Positions 35,083 through 46,802 of a stretch of DNA of 64,000 bases are shown in pieces. Source of the DNA: Gammaproteobacteria bacterium (GTDB taxonomy: Bacteria; Pseudomonadota; Gammaproteobacteria; Eutrophobiales; Eutrophobiaceae). Both the position numbers and the translations under genes were made by a program. The DNA lies in assembly GCA_963422205.2 (NCBI GenBank), contig CAXMWX010000003.1, positions 224,001-288,000 of the forward strand. Reading direction: 5' to 3'. A model generated the notes under the pieces. It made no database searches. It saw only the letters and a list, made by a program, of their open reading frames with translations, and had not been told where the DNA came from. Position 1 is the first letter of the stretch. Each line of letters opens with the position of its first letter.

Positions 35083-36330
35083 ATGAACATCAAGCCATTT
35101 TGCGGCCTGCGCCCAAAGCCACAGTATGCAGAGCAGGTGGCCAGCCGTCCTTATGATGTGCTGGATACTGCTGAGGCCAGGGCCGAGGCGGCGGGTAATC
35201 CGTATTCCTTCCTCAATGTGGTGAAACCTGAAATCACCTTGCCGGCGGCGACTGATCCCCACTCAACCCAGGTCTATCAGGCGGGGCGGAAAAACTTTCA
35301 GCAGTTGCTGGATGATGGCGTGTTTATGCAGGATGAGATACCGTGTTTATACTTATATGAGCTTACCCTGGACGGACACAGCCAGGATGGGATTGTCGCC
35401 TGTGTGGCCGTGGCAGACTACCTGCAGGAGCGAGTCAAAAAACACGAGCTGACCCGGCCGGACAAGGAGGAGGACAGGAAAAACCATGTTCGGGCGACTC
35501 GACTCCATGCCGAGCCGGTGCTGTTCGCTTACCCGGCCAACCCGCTGATCGAGGTGCAGGTTGCCAGGGTAAAGCAGCAGCAGGCAACGTATGATTTTAT
35601 CGCCGCTGATGCGGTGCGGCATCGGCTGTGGCGGGTGGATGATGCGGCTGTTATCGATGCCATCGTCCAGGGCTTTGCCGCTATGGAGGCGAGTTATATC
35701 GCCGATGGTCATCACCGTACCGCCGCCGCTGCGCTGGTTGGTGCTGAACTGGCGGCGGAAAACCCGGAGCATAGCGGTACGGAAGCATACAATTATTTTC
35801 TCGCCGTACACTTCCCGGATACGCAGCTTAAAATCATTGATTACAACCGGGTTGTCACCGACTTGAATGGCTTGACCAGGGAGGAGTTCATCGCCCGGCT
35901 GGCTACCACCGGTTTTACTGTGGAGAAGACAGGCGCCAGCCCCTGCAAGCCACAGCGTATCCATGAGATAGGCATGTATCTTGAAGGTGACTGGTATCGG
36001 CTGACCGCCAGCACCGCCAGCGATGATGAGGCCGATCCTGTCGCCGTGCTGGATGTCACCATCCTGTCAACGCAGATTCTAAAACCCGTCTTGGGCATTG
36101 TCGATCTCCGCCGTGATCAACGCATCGATTTCGTTGGCGGTATCCGTGGTCTTGAGGAGCTTGAGCGACGGGTGGATACGGGCGAGATGAAGGTGGCCTT
36201 TGCCATGTATCCGGTGTCCATGCCGCAGTTGATGGACATCGCCGATAAGGGCTTGATCATGCCGCCCAAGGTCACCTGGTTTGAACCCAAGTTACGCAGC
36301 GGCCTGATAGTGCATTCCCTGCTGGATTAA
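35083..36330 (+). CDS. DUF1015 family protein
   Basis: PYDV, KKHELTR..KEEDR, YIADGHHR, MPPKVTWFEPKLRSGL. Confidence 0.88.
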   Translation: MNIKPFCGLRPKPQYAEQVASRPYDVLDTAEARAEAAGNPYSFLNVVKPEITLPAATDPHSTQVYQAGRKNFQQLLDDGVFMQDEIPCLYLYELTLDGHSQDGIVACVAVADYLQERVKKHELTRPDKEEDRKNHVRATRLHAEPVLFAYPANPLIEVQVARVKQQQATYDFIAADAVRHRLWRVDDAAVIDAIVQGFAAMEASYIADGHHRTAAAALVGAELAAENPEHSGTEAYNYFLAVHFPDTQLKIIDYNRVVTDLNGLTREEFIARLATTGFTVEKTGASPCKPQRIHEIGMYLEGDWYRLTASTASDDEADPVAVLDVTILSTQILKPVLGIVDLRRDQRIDFVGGIRGLEELERRVDTGEMKVAFAMYPVSMPQLMDIADKGLIMPPKVTWFEPKLRSGLIVHSLLD

Positions 36331-36490
36331 GTCGCAACGGCGCAAGCGATGCGGCGTATGCGCTGATGACGGGTGCATCAACCGCTTATCCTCATCCGCC
36401 TTATCCTGCAAGCCATGACATAGCCCAACTTGCCGCCGGCCTTTACGCATGAGCAAGGCTCAACTTGAGTTGTCAGCATCGGCGCCGCCG

Positions 36491-36859
36491 TTAGCGGTTT
36501 CCCAAAGCAAACACCGCCGCATACTGTTTTTCGCTGAAGCCGATATGGATGTTTTTGCCCTGTTGCAGCACAGGGCGTTTAATCAAGGTCGGATTGTCCA
36601 GTATCAGCGTGTATGCCGAGCTGTTATCCACCTGTGCTTTTTGCTGTGCTGACAGCTTGCGCCAGGTGCTGCTGCGCTTATTAACGAGTTGCTCTGCCCC
36701 AGCCTGTGAAAGCCAGCTTCGCAGCCGTCTCTCATCCAGACCATCAGCGCGAAAGTCATAAAATAAATAGTCTATCTGGTTTATGTCCAGCCATTGCCGC
36801 GCTTTTTTCACGGTGTCGCAGTTTTTTATGCCAAACAATGTTACTGCCATGTCATTCAT
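36491..36859 (-). CDS. ArsC/Spx family protein (YffB-like)
   Basis: [19 protein letters not shown]; follows dapD. Confidence 0.9.
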   Translation of the reverse strand: MNDMAVTLFGIKNCDTVKKARQWLDINQIDYLFYDFRADGLDERRLRSWLSQAGAEQLVNKRSSTWRKLSAQQKAQVDNSSAYTLILDNPTLIKRPVLQQGKNIHIGFSEKQYAAVFALGNR

Positions 36860-37673
36860 CCCGAAGGAGTTCGTTCAGGCTGACCTTGCTTCGGGTTTTC
36901 TCATCCACCTGTTTCACGATCACAGCGCAATACAGCGAGTGGCTGCCGTCTTTTGCCGGCAGGTTGCCTGACACCACCACCGAGCCGGGCGGGATCGCAC
37001 CATAGCTGATCTCGCCGCTGGCACGATGGTAAATTTTGGTACTCTGGCCGATGTAAACGCCCATGGAAATGACCGATCCCTCGCCGATGATAACGCCTTC
37101 CACGATCTCCGAGCGGGCGCCGATGAAGCAGTTATCCTCAATGATGGTGGGGCTCGCCTGTAGCGGCTCCAGCACGCCGCCGATCCCGACACCACCGGAT
37201 AAATGCACGTTTTTACCGATCTGTGCACACGAGCCGACCGTTGCCCAGGTATCGACCATGCTGCCTGAATCGACATAAGCACCGATGTTGATGTAACTCG
37301 GCATCACCACCACACCGGGGGCGATAAAACTGCCGAAGCGCGCCACGGCGGGCGGCACGACCCTCACCCCGGCAGCGATAAAATCAGCTTCCTGGAGAGC
37401 GGCGAACTTGCTGGCGACCTTATCGTAATAATTGGTAAAGCCGCCGGTGATGAGCGCATTGTCGTTGAGCATGAATGACAACAACACGGCTTTTTTCGCC
37501 CATTCATTCACTACCCAGCGGCCATCGGCCTTCTCGGCAACACGCAACTCGCCGCTGTCCAGCGCCGCCAGGGTCGCCTGAACCGCCGCCTTGACCTCGC
37601 TGTCGGGATGCTGGCTATCCCTGTCCGCCCGGTTGGCAAACGCCTCATTAATGACTGCCTCAAGCTCTCTCAT
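36852..37673 (-). CDS. dapD: tetrahydrodipicolinate N-succinyltransferase
   Basis: [42 protein letters not shown]. Confidence 0.97.
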   Translation of the reverse strand: MRELEAVINEAFANRADRDSQHPDSEVKAAVQATLAALDSGELRVAEKADGRWVVNEWAKKAVLLSFMLNDNALITGGFTNYYDKVASKFAALQEADFIAAGVRVVPPAVARFGSFIAPGVVVMPSYINIGAYVDSGSMVDTWATVGSCAQIGKNVHLSGGVGIGGVLEPLQASPTIIEDNCFIGARSEIVEGVIIGEGSVISMGVYIGQSTKIYHRASGEISYGAIPPGSVVVSGNLPAKDGSHSLYCAVIVKQVDEKTRSKVSLNELLRDE

Positions 37674-37927
37674 CTGGTGTTACTCCTTAAAAAAATTTAG
37701 CAGGATCGTCTGTCAGCGCTGATACGATGGGTGGCCTTCGCACAGATCAACATCGTATACTAACATCCGCGCTTTTTTCCACGATAACACGTTGGCGTGA
37801 TATGGCGCCCGATTATGGCGTGCGATGTGACAGGTTGTGCAAAAGCCAAAGACATGCGTAAGATTCAAACAGGGTCTTGTGTTATGCTTTGCTGCCTCCT
37901 CTTAAAAGTTTCAAGTAACGTATTATC

Positions 37928-39022
37928 GTGAGTACATTGTTAATCCTGCCCGGCGATGGGATAGGCCCTGAGATAATCGCCCAGGCCGAGAAAGTGTTGG
38001 CCCGATTGATAAGTGAATACGGCCTTGAGTTGCACATTGAGCAGGGTTTGCTGGGCGGGGCGGCGATTGATGCCACCGGTCAGCCGCTGCCAGAGAAGAC
38101 CCTTGAGCAGGCGAGGGCTGCTGATGCCATCCTGCTGGGGGCTATCGGCGGGCCGAAGTGGGAGGGTATTGAGCGCCGTCTTCGGCCAGAGAGAGGCCTG
38201 TTAGGTATTCGTTCGGCGCTGGGGTTGTTTGCCAATCTCAGGCCTGCGCGCAGCTATCCGCAACTGGTATCGGCCTCCAGCCTGAAGCCAGAGTTGGTCA
38301 GCGGTCTGGATATTCTGTTTGTCAGGGAATTGACGAGCGGCATCTATTTCGGCGAGCCCAGAGGCATTGCGATCGAGAATGGCGAGCGTTGTGGTGTGAA
38401 TACCATGCGCTATACCGAGGCTGAAATTGAACGTATCGCACACAGCGCCTTCACCATAGCACAAAAACGAACTCGCCGTCTCTGCTCGGTGGACAAGGCC
38501 AATGTACTGGAAGTCTCCGAGCTTTGGCGTGAGGTGATGCAGACAGTCTCGACCGAGTACCCGGCGGTCACGCTGGAGCATCTGTATGTCGATAATGCCG
38601 CTATGCAACTGGTCAGGGCGCCAAAACAGTTTGATGTGATCGTCACGTCCAACTTGTTTGGCGATGTGCTGTCTGATCTGGCGGCCATGTTGACCGGCTC
38701 GATCGGTATGCTGCCCTCGGCCTCGCTTAATCACCAGGCCAAAGGCTTGTATGAGCCTATACATGGATCAGCACCGGATATTGCCGGGCAGGGGGTTGCC
38801 AATCCGCTGGCCACGGTGTTGTCGCTGTCCATGTTGTTGCGCTACAGCCTGGATCAGCCGGACTTTGCCGACCGGGTGGAGGCGGCCGTGGTGCGGGTGT
38901 TGGCGGCCGGGCTGCGGACGGCTGACATCCATACGAAGGGCAGGCAGAAAGTCAGTACGGATGAGATGGGCGATGCGGTGGTGGCGGCATTGTCAAGCGA
39001 ACAGCCAGGGATTAACGCTTGA
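37928..39022 (+). CDS. leuB: 3-isopropylmalate dehydrogenase
   Basis: [31 protein letters not shown]. Confidence 0.96.
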   Translation: MSTLLILPGDGIGPEIIAQAEKVLARLISEYGLELHIEQGLLGGAAIDATGQPLPEKTLEQARAADAILLGAIGGPKWEGIERRLRPERGLLGIRSALGLFANLRPARSYPQLVSASSLKPELVSGLDILFVRELTSGIYFGEPRGIAIENGERCGVNTMRYTEAEIERIAHSAFTIAQKRTRRLCSVDKANVLEVSELWREVMQTVSTEYPAVTLEHLYVDNAAMQLVRAPKQFDVIVTSNLFGDVLSDLAAMLTGSIGMLPSASLNHQAKGLYEPIHGSAPDIAGQGVANPLATVLSLSMLLRYSLDQPDFADRVEAAVVRVLAAGLRTADIHTKGRQKVSTDEMGDAVVAALSSEQPGINA

Positions 39023-40044
39023 TGGGCAAGAAGTTTAATGTTGCCGTTGTGGGGGCGACGGGTGCAGTCGGCGAAGTCATGCTGTCAATCCTGGCGGCGC
39101 GCCAGTTTCCGGTGGCGGAGGTGTTTGCCCTGGCCAGTGCGCGCTCTGTCGGCAAAAAGGTCGCCTTCGGTGATCGCAAGCTGCGGGTGAGTGAGCTGGA
39201 GGGGTTTGATTTTAGTCGGGCACAGCTTGGTTTGTTTTCCGCGGGTGCTGCGATCTCCGATACCTACGCACCGCTGGCCGCCGAGGCGGGTTGTATCGTC
39301 ATCGACAATACCTCGCGCTTTCGCTACCAAGAGGGCATCCCGTTGGTCGTCCCGGAGGTGAATGCCGAGAAGATCGCAGAGTATACCCGCACAGGCATCA
39401 TCGCCAATCCGAATTGCTCCACTATTCAGCTGGTGGTTGCCTTAAAGCCGATCCACGATGCGGTGGGGATCATTCGAATCAATGTCTGTACCTATCAGGC
39501 AGTTTCCGGCACCGGTATGCAGGCGATCGAGGAGTTACACAGACAGGCGGCAGATATCCTTAACGCCAGCCCGGTTACGCTGAAGGTCTACCCCAGGCAA
39601 ATCGCCTTTAATGTGTTGCCGCACATTGATGTATTTCAGGACAACGGCTACACCAAAGAAGAGATGAAGATGGTGTGGGAGACCCGCAAGATCATGGGCG
39701 ATGACCGTATTCTGGTGAACCCGACTGCGGTACGGGTGCCGGTTTTTGTTGGTCATTCCGAGGCCGTGCATATAGAAACGCACGAGAAGATAAGCGCTGC
39801 CAGGGCGCGCGAGTTGCTGGCGGGTAGCCCCGGTGTGGTCGTTGTTGATACGCATCAGGATGGCGGTTATCCGACTGCCGTGACTGAGGCAGCGGGCAAG
39901 GATTCGGTGTATGTCGGGCGGATTCGTGAGGATATTTCTCATCCAAACGGCCTGAATTTATGGGTAGTGGCGGATAATGTGCGTAAAGGGGCGGCATTAA
40001 ACAGTGTTCAAATCGCTGAAATTCTGGTAAAACACTATTTATAA
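39019..40044 (+). CDS. asd: aspartate-semialdehyde dehydrogenase
   Basis: [28 protein letters not shown]. Confidence 0.96.
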   Translation: MMGKKFNVAVVGATGAVGEVMLSILAARQFPVAEVFALASARSVGKKVAFGDRKLRVSELEGFDFSRAQLGLFSAGAAISDTYAPLAAEAGCIVIDNTSRFRYQEGIPLVVPEVNAEKIAEYTRTGIIANPNCSTIQLVVALKPIHDAVGIIRINVCTYQAVSGTGMQAIEELHRQAADILNASPVTLKVYPRQIAFNVLPHIDVFQDNGYTKEEMKMVWETRKIMGDDRILVNPTAVRVPVFVGHSEAVHIETHEKISAARARELLAGSPGVVVVDTHQDGGYPTAVTEAAGKDSVYVGRIREDISHPNGLNLWVVADNVRKGAALNSVQIAEILVKHYL

Positions 40045-40164
40045 GGTATAGTTAAGGGGTAATCGTAAAGTACATTCGTAAGTTTTGCGGACGGATTTTG
40101 TGCATACTGTTGCCTTTAAGTATAATAAAATACTGTACGTTATGCCGATAACTCACTGAAAAAC

Positions 40165-40581
40165 ATGTTTATAAGCCTGGGAAGTCCCTTAATGATCACA
40201 CGAAAAACCTGCTTGCCCGCTTTGTTTTTCCTGCCTGGCCTTTTTTTCTGTACCGCTTCAGTGGCCGTGGCGCTGGCGGATATTGAGCTATTATCCAGTC
40301 TAAATCAACCACTTAGGGCTAAAGTCCCACTTTTGGAAGTGACTCAGGACGAGTTGGATAGCATGGCGGTGTCGCTGAAGGTGGCTGATGCGGCTGCACT
40401 GATCAGCACGGTGCGGGGCTTGCAGTATGAGATCAAGCAGGATGAGGCGGGGCATTACATCGAAATCACGAGTGAGAACGTCATTCGTGAGCCTGTCGTG
40501 AATATCAGCCTGGCGCTGGACTAGAATCACGGTCAGCTACGGCGTGAATATGCCTTGTTGATCGATCCGGTGTCACGTTAG
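40165..40581 (+). pseudogene. stand-alone FimV N-terminal-domain paralog with internal TAG at 40522
   Basis: LADIELLSSLNQPLRAKV...REPVVNISLALD*NHGQLRREYALLIDP aligns by eye with FimV LGEIELKSALNQPFEARI...REPFLNFLVEASWSTGRLFREYTVLLDP. Confidence 0.7.
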
Positions 40582-40605
40582 CAAGCCACGGGATAGGGAG
40601 GAATC

Positions 40606-43600
40606 ATGAAGCGGACAGTTATCAGAAGTGTATTGATCTTGTTCCTGTTACCGGGCGTGGCATGGTCTTTGGGCCTGGGTGAGATTGAACTCAAATCCGC
40701 GCTGAACCAACCCTTTGAAGCCAGGATAGAATTGCTGGCGGCTACCGCCGATGAGCTGGATGCCCTAAAAGTCAACCTCGCCGATGTTGATGCCTTTAAG
40801 CGTGCCGGGATCGACCGGCTGTTCCTGCTGAGTCGGCTGCGGTTTCAGGTCGTCCGCGAGGAAGCCGGCGCCGATTATATTCGTATCTCAACCACCGAAC
40901 CCATGCGCGAGCCCTTCCTGAATTTCCTAGTGGAAGCCAGTTGGTCTACCGGTCGTTTGTTTCGGGAGTACACCGTATTACTTGACCCGCCGCTGTACGA
41001 TCCCAATGTCCGCCGTCGTGTTCTGTCAACACCGCCGCCGGTCCTTGATGATGCCGATACCGGCGAAGCCTATGTCAGCCCGGCCGATGCCGGCCCGGTT
41101 GCCGGCACCTTCTCAGGCAGCGAGTACGGCCCGATCGTGGCGGGTGATACCCTGTGGTCAATCGCCTCACAGATCCGCCCTGACAGTTCGGTATCCGTGC
41201 AGCAGATGATGCTGGCGCTGTTGCACACCAACCCCGAAGCCTTTATCAACAACAACATCAACGGGCTCAAGCGCGGGCGAATTCTGTCTGTGCCAACGTA
41301 TGATGAGATCACAGCAACGTCAGCGTCTGATGCCTTTGCCGAGGCAAGATTGCAGAATCAGGACTGGCAGGAGGTGCTGGGCATACTTGCTGAGGATACC
41401 CCCGACAGAGTGGATACGGTAGCGCTGGATGACTCGGCAGGTGATGCTGCCCCGGCCGCCTCACCCTACGAAGCGCTGGAAGACGGGGCGACTGATACCG
41501 AGGTGAGCGCATCTGAGCAGGCCGATCCTGCGCTGCGGCTGGTGGCGGCGAATACCGATGAGACGGATGCAGTGAATGGTCAGCAGGCCAGTGCCTCCGA
41601 TGACGTGAGCGCAGAAGATCTGGCGATTGCCAACGAAAAACTCCTGAGCCTGACTGCTGAGAATACCGAATTAAAAGATCAACTCTCTGAAGCGGAAGAT
41701 ATTATCCAGAATTTGGAACGTCTGCTTGAGTTAAAAGACGATGATCTGGCGAGGATGCAGAGTGATCTTAGCGGTGCTGGCGAGGAAGCCGACGAGGAGG
41801 TCGCCCCGGCTGCTGAGATCGAGGGCGAACTCGTTGGTGATGCGTTGGCGGAAGAGGAGACACAGGACTTTGTTGATGAGGCTGGCGATGAGGTTGTCGA
41901 CAGTGCGTTGGATGCCGCCGAAGAAGCCGTTGATGAGATCATCACCGAGGAAGCGGCGGCCCCGCCAGCGGCAGAGCAGCCGCCCGCCCCGGCACCGGCG
42001 GAGAAGTCCATGCTCGCAAAGATCATGGATACCCTCATGGATTACCTGCTGTTTATCGTTGGCGGCATTGGCGGAGTGATTGCGTTGGTTGCTGCTGGTC
42101 TTTTTATCAAGAAAAAGCGGGCTGAGGCAGAAGAGCAGGATTTTCAGTTCGATTTTTCCGATTACGAGGCGGCAGCGGCTCCCACGACCGATGAACTGGA
42201 CGATGCCACGGCTATCGCCCCCTCATCTGCTGAGGATGTTGAGACGGACACTGAGGCGATTACGGATGTTCCGGATCTCGAGATAGCAGATGAGGACGCC
42301 GCTGCTAAAACCGAAGCACCGGCAGAGGACCCGCTGGCTGAAGTGAATGTATTTTTAGCCTATGAGTATTTTGATCAGGCCGAGGAATTTGTGCGTGATG
42401 CGATTGCCAATGATCCTGACAACCTTGACTTCCATGCCAAGCTATTGGAGGTCTTCTATGCCGCCGGCGATAAAAAATCCTATGAAGAGGCAGCCAAGGT
42501 CCTGCATGATAAAGTCAGCGGTGCAGGCTCTCATTGGGATATGGCTGTGGCGATGTGGCAGGAACTATCACCTAATCGTGCCTTGTTTGCTGAACCGCTG
42601 GACGGCGAAGATGATGCCGGACAGGCGGATAAAGGCACGAGTGGCGGCGTGGTTGATCTGACCTCGGAAGACGGGGCTGAGGCCCCGGTTGATATGCCGA
42701 TGGATTTTGATATCGGCGGTGACAGTGTGCCATCGGCCGAAGAAGAAGCGGCGGATGATTCGCTTGACATGACGGCACAACCAGAGTCTGCTGCCAGCGA
42801 TGATGATGATGTGCTGGATTTTACTGCCGCTGCCGATCTGGGAGATGATGATGCATCGGAAGAACTGACGCCTGTCCCTGACGATGATGTGTTGGACCTC
42901 ACGGCCAGTGCGGATGCCGATGATGCCCTGGATCTCTCGATTGATGAGGATGCCGGTGATACGCTGGACATGCCGACAGATGAGGCCGAGGAGGATCTTC
43001 TGGATGCGACTGCACAATCCAGCATTGATGAGTTGAATCTGGAAGAGGATTTGCTTGATGTGACCGCTGCTGGCAGTGTTGAGAGCTACGAGCAGCAGCA
43101 AGAGACGGCATCGGAGACTGCCGAAGCAGATGATGACAGCCTGGACTTTGACATCGGCGGTTTGTCTGAGGATGCGCCCGAGGCGGCGGAGGAAGAGGCC
43201 GTTGATACCGCGGCGCTGGAAGTAGAGGAGGCAGATGCTGGCGATGATGACAGTCTGGATTTTGACATCGGCGGTTTGTCTGAGGATGCGCCCGAGGCGG
43301 CGGAGGAAGAGGCCGTTGATACCGCCGCGCTGGAGGTGGCACAGATAGATGTTGATGATGGTCTGGATTTTGATTTCTCTCAGGCAGAAGAGGGGGCAGA
43401 GGCCGATGCTTCGCTCGGTCTGGAACTTGATATGGATGCGGATGGGGATGCGGCGGGCGAGATAGATATGGCCGAGATAGATATGGATGGCACCGTGCAG
43501 ATGTCTGCCTCTGATTTTTCTTTGGATGATGAGGATGAGGACATGCCGCCCACCGTGTTTGTGTCAAGTTCAGCCAACGGCGAGGAGCAAACGGAGGAGG

Positions 43601-43746
43601 AGGAGATAACCACCAAACTTGATCTTGCCAAGGCGTATGTCGAGTTGGGTGATGAGGACAGTGCGAGATCAATACTGGATGAAGTGCTTGCCGATGGTAA
43701 TGCAGAGCAGCAACAACAGGCCAGGGATCTGCTCAATCAGCTGTAG
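40606..43746 (+). CDS. fimV: FimV/HubP polar landmark protein
   Basis: LGLGEIELKSALNQP, LysM GDTLWSIA, NPEAF, TM segment, acidic region, C-terminal TKLDLAKAYVELGD. Confidence 0.93.
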   Translation: MKRTVIRSVLILFLLPGVAWSLGLGEIELKSALNQPFEARIELLAATADELDALKVNLADVDAFKRAGIDRLFLLSRLRFQVVREEAGADYIRISTTEPMREPFLNFLVEASWSTGRLFREYTVLLDPPLYDPNVRRRVLSTPPPVLDDADTGEAYVSPADAGPVAGTFSGSEYGPIVAGDTLWSIASQIRPDSSVSVQQMMLALLHTNPEAFINNNINGLKRGRILSVPTYDEITATSASDAFAEARLQNQDWQEVLGILAEDTPDRVDTVALDDSAGDAAPAASPYEALEDGATDTEVSASEQADPALRLVAANTDETDAVNGQQASASDDVSAEDLAIANEKLLSLTAENTELKDQLSEAEDIIQNLERLLELKDDDLARMQSDLSGAGEEADEEVAPAAEIEGELVGDALAEEETQDFVDEAGDEVVDSALDAAEEAVDEIITEEAAAPPAAEQPPAPAPAEKSMLAKIMDTLMDYLLFIVGGIGGVIALVAAGLFIKKKRAEAEEQDFQFDFSDYEAAAAPTTDELDDATAIAPSSAEDVETDTEAITDVPDLEIADEDAAAKTEAPAEDPLAEVNVFLAYEYFDQAEEFVRDAIANDPDNLDFHAKLLEVFYAAGDKKSYEEAAKVLHDKVSGAGSHWDMAVAMWQELSPNRALFAEPLDGEDDAGQADKGTSGGVVDLTSEDGAEAPVDMPMDFDIGGDSVPSAEEEAADDSLDMTAQPESAASDDDDVLDFTAAADLGDDDASEELTPVPDDDVLDLTASADADDALDLSIDEDAGDTLDMPTDEAEEDLLDATAQSSIDELNLEEDLLDVTAAGSVESYEQQQETASETAEADDDSLDFDIGGLSEDAPEAAEEEAVDTAALEVEEADAGDDDSLDFDIGGLSEDAPEAAEEEAVDTAALEVAQIDVDDGLDFDFSQAEEGAEADASLGLELDMDADGDAAGEIDMAEIDMDGTVQMSASDFSLDDEDEDMPPTVFVSSSANGEEQTEEEEITTKLDLAKAYVELGDEDSARSILDEVLADGNAEQQQQARDLLNQL
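43129..43338 (+). repeat. 114-nt-period internal tandem duplication in fimV
   Basis: DDDSLDFDIGGLSEDAPEAAEEEAVDTAALEV encoded twice, starting at 43129 and 43243, near-identical DNA. Confidence 0.85.
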
Positions 43747-43767
43747 TTCGTCTGCTGTCCGCATGGC

Positions 43768-44556
43768 ATGAGGTATGCAGCAGGCGTTGAGTATTGTGGT
43801 ACAAAATATTCAGGCTGGCAGAAGCAGAATCATGTCGAGTCGATTCAGGCACACATTGAAGCGGCACTTTCCCGGGTTGCCAATGAAGCCATAGAAGTCA
43901 CCTGTGCAGGCCGCACCGATGCTGGCGTACATGCAAGCAATCAGGTCATACATTTTGATACTGATGCCGTGCGTGAGAGCAATTCCTGGTTATTCGGCTG
44001 TAACAGTCATCTGCCGGGGGATATCAGCCTGTCCTGGCTTCAGCCGGTAGCCGGTGATTTCCATGCACGTTTCTCAGCCTCAAGAAGAGTGTATCGCTAC
44101 CTGATATTTAATCGCCCGGCCAGGCCGGGGATCATGCCGCAGTATCTAAGCTGGGAATGCCGTCCGCTTGATATGGAAAAGATGTCTGCTGCCGCCGCGT
44201 ATCTGCTTGGTGAGCATGATTTTACTTCATTTCGTGCCGCTGCCTGCCAGGCCCGGTCCCCCGTGCGGCGTATCCATAGCCTGACACTGAACAGGGCGGG
44301 TGCGTTGATTGACGTGACGATTGAGGCCAATGCGTTTTTGCAGCACATGGTGAGGAATATTGTGGGTGTCTTGCTGGCGGTGGGCATGGGTAAACAGCCG
44401 GTTGCCTGGGTAGAGCAGGTGCTGCAAGCTAAGGACCGGGGACATGCCGGCATAACCGCATCGGCCTCTGGTCTGTCGCTGATCGCCGTACATTACCCGC
44501 CAGAATATGCGCTCCCCAAGCCCGATAAAAGCCTTTTGAGCCTGTCGTACAGATGA
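43768..44556 (+). CDS. truA: tRNA pseudouridine(38-40) synthase
   Basis: CAGRTDAGVHA, FHARFSA, FLQHMVRNIVG. Confidence 0.96.
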   Translation: MRYAAGVEYCGTKYSGWQKQNHVESIQAHIEAALSRVANEAIEVTCAGRTDAGVHASNQVIHFDTDAVRESNSWLFGCNSHLPGDISLSWLQPVAGDFHARFSASRRVYRYLIFNRPARPGIMPQYLSWECRPLDMEKMSAAAAYLLGEHDFTSFRAAACQARSPVRRIHSLTLNRAGALIDVTIEANAFLQHMVRNIVGVLLAVGMGKQPVAWVEQVLQAKDRGHAGITASASGLSLIAVHYPPEYALPKPDKSLLSLSYR

Positions 44557-45257
44557 GTTTGCTGGCGGGGAAAAGCGGGGCACAGACCCGGGTCAAGATC
44601 TGCGGCATCACCAATCGGGAAGATGCACTGGCGGCATGTGTTGCCGGTGCGGATGCCATTGGGCTGGTATTTTATCCACACAGCCGCCGCTGTATTGAGC
44701 AGGCGGCGGCGCAGGATATTTGTCGTCAACTCCCCGCAAATGTCAGCAAGGTCGGGCTTTTTGTCAATGCGAAAGCCGATAGCATTCGGCAAACCCTGGC
44801 GCTGGTCGAGTTGGATGTGTTGCAGTTTCATGGGGCGGAGTCGGCCGGTTTTTGCAAAGCCTTTGGCCTGCCCTGGCTGAAAGCTGTTAGAATGAAAGCC
44901 GGTATTGATCTGTACAAGGTCTGTGCTGATTACGCTGCCTGTGAGGCGCTTTTGCTGGATAGCTATGTGCCGGGCAGGCCGGGTGGCACTGGCATGAGTT
45001 TTCGCTGGGAGGCTGTTCCGGCTGATTTGCCCAAGCCGGTGATCCTTGCAGGCGGCTTACGGCCTGATAACGTAAAACGTGCTATCCGAACAGCCAGGCC
45101 CTATGCGGTGGATGTCAGCGGTGGTGTTGAACAGCGGACAGGGCGTAAAGATCATGACAAAATGCGGCAATTCATTGAAGAGGTCAGACATGCCCTGGAG
45201 AGCATTGACAGCGGATCCGAGCCTCGGTCGGCAGGACGCATTCGTCCTGCCGGATGA
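44553..45257 (+). CDS. trpF: phosphoribosylanthranilate isomerase
   Basis: [27 protein letters not shown]. Confidence 0.95.
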   Translation: MSLLAGKSGAQTRVKICGITNREDALAACVAGADAIGLVFYPHSRRCIEQAAAQDICRQLPANVSKVGLFVNAKADSIRQTLALVELDVLQFHGAESAGFCKAFGLPWLKAVRMKAGIDLYKVCADYAACEALLLDSYVPGRPGGTGMSFRWEAVPADLPKPVILAGGLRPDNVKRAIRTARPYAVDVSGGVEQRTGRKDHDKMRQFIEEVRHALESIDSGSEPRSAGRIRPAG

Positions 45258-46431
45258 TGAGGGTCACTTTGGAATCTATGGGGGCAGATTTGTTGCCGAG
45301 ACCCTCATTGAACCCTTGCGGGAGTTGACCGAAAAATACCAATATTATTTTGATGATGCAGATTATCTTGCCGAGTTGGATGATGATCTGAAGCATTTTG
45401 TCGGCAGGCCATCACCGCTTTATCATGCCAGGCGCTGGAGCGAGCAACTGGGCGGCGCACAGATTTATCTCAAACGGGAAGACTTAAATCATACCGGCGC
45501 ACATAAAATCAACAGCGCTGTTGGCCAGGCATTACTGGCAAAGCGAATGGGCAAGACCCGCATTATCGCCGAGACGGGCGCCGGCCAGCATGGGGTGGCC
45601 ACGGCCACGGTGGCCGCCCGCCTGGGGCTGGAATGCGTTATCTACATGGGTACGGAGGATATACAAAGACAGGCCATCAATGTGTTTCGCATGAAGCTGC
45701 TGGGTGCAGAAGTCATCGGGGTTGAGTCCGGTGCAAAGACGCTCAAAGATGCGATGAATGAAGCCCTGCGTGACTGGGTGAGCCATGTTGATGATACGTT
45801 TTATATCATAGGTACGGTCGCCGGCCCGCACCCTTATCCGGTGATGGTAAGGAAACTCCAGGCGGTGATTGGCCGGGAGGTGCGAGAACAATGTCTGCAA
45901 TTAACCGCTCGCCTGCCTGATACGATCATCGCCTGTGTTGGTGGCGGCTCCAATGCCATCGGCCTGTTTCATCCTTTTCTGGCAGATGAGTCTGTTGAGA
46001 TCATCGGGGTTGAGGCCGCAGGTGCTGGTATGCACACAGGCCAGCACGCCGCCCCGTTAAGTGCTGGCAGGCCCGGGGTGTTGCATGGGAACAGGACGTA
46101 TTTGATGACCGATGAGCAGGGCCAGATTATGGAGACACATTCCATCTCTGCCGGCCTTGATTATCCGGGTGTCGGGCCGGAACATGCCTGGCTGAAAGAT
46201 AACGCCAGAGTGCGCTATGTCACGGCCACGGATGAGGAGTCTTTACAGGCGTTTCACTCCCTGACCCGTATTGAGGGGATTATGCCGGCGCTGGAATCAA
46301 GCCATGCTCTGGCGCAGGTGATGAGGATGGCCCCGGCGATGGACCGAGAGGCCATTATCGTGGTGAATTTATCCGGCCGTGGTGATAAAGATATCCATAC
46401 CGTGGCGGCACTTGAGGGGATTACGTTATAG
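45190..46431 (+). CDS. trpB: tryptophan synthase beta chain
   Basis: [39 protein letters not shown]; start uncertain. Confidence 0.97.
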   Translation: MPWRALTADPSLGRQDAFVLPDDEGHFGIYGGRFVAETLIEPLRELTEKYQYYFDDADYLAELDDDLKHFVGRPSPLYHARRWSEQLGGAQIYLKREDLNHTGAHKINSAVGQALLAKRMGKTRIIAETGAGQHGVATATVAARLGLECVIYMGTEDIQRQAINVFRMKLLGAEVIGVESGAKTLKDAMNEALRDWVSHVDDTFYIIGTVAGPHPYPVMVRKLQAVIGREVREQCLQLTARLPDTIIACVGGGSNAIGLFHPFLADESVEIIGVEAAGAGMHTGQHAAPLSAGRPGVLHGNRTYLMTDEQGQIMETHSISAGLDYPGVGPEHAWLKDNARVRYVTATDEESLQAFHSLTRIEGIMPALESSHALAQVMRMAPAMDREAIIVVNLSGRGDKDIHTVAALEGITL

Positions 46432-46444
46432 TGAGGGTACAGTG

Positions 46445-46666
46445 ATGAATAATCGGGAGAAGCTGATTGAACTGATTGGCCGCCATGGACTGGACAGGGG
46501 CGATGTTGCTGACATGCTGAAGGTCAAACGTGAGCAGGTAGACCGTTGGCTGCTGTCCAGCGAATCCAAGAATCATGAGGAAGTCCCTGAGATGGCGGTT
46601 GAGCTATTGATGTTAAAGTTAAAATACCCGAATGCGCCGGATGCCGGTGAATACCCTGCCAGATAG
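46445..46666 (+). CDS. small putative helix-turn-helix protein
   Basis: GLDRGDVADMLKVKREQVDRWL resembles an HTH; GAGG SD upstream. Confidence 0.55.
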   Translation: MNNREKLIELIGRHGLDRGDVADMLKVKREQVDRWLLSSESKNHEEVPEMAVELLMLKLKYPNAPDAGEYPAR

Positions 46667-46802
46667 CCGTCAGCCGAGTGGAGGCGGGCAAATTCGCCCT
46701 GTCTCCGCCGTCTGTATGGCATATAATCCAGGCCGCAAGGCAAGCTGACCTATTTTTATTGGTAACAACGATATAAGCCGCGTGGTAAACCGTGTTGGTC
46801 TG

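Noticed and set aside
40522-40524. TAG recoding (pyrrolysine or alternative genetic code)
   Set aside because: TAG is a normal stop for tyrS, rlmE, fimV and purF here; a single TGG-to-TAG change explains it
45190-45257. 68-nt trpF/trpB overlap as a regulatory or fusion feature
   Set aside because: Depends on an uncertain trpB start and could be simple stop-codon drift
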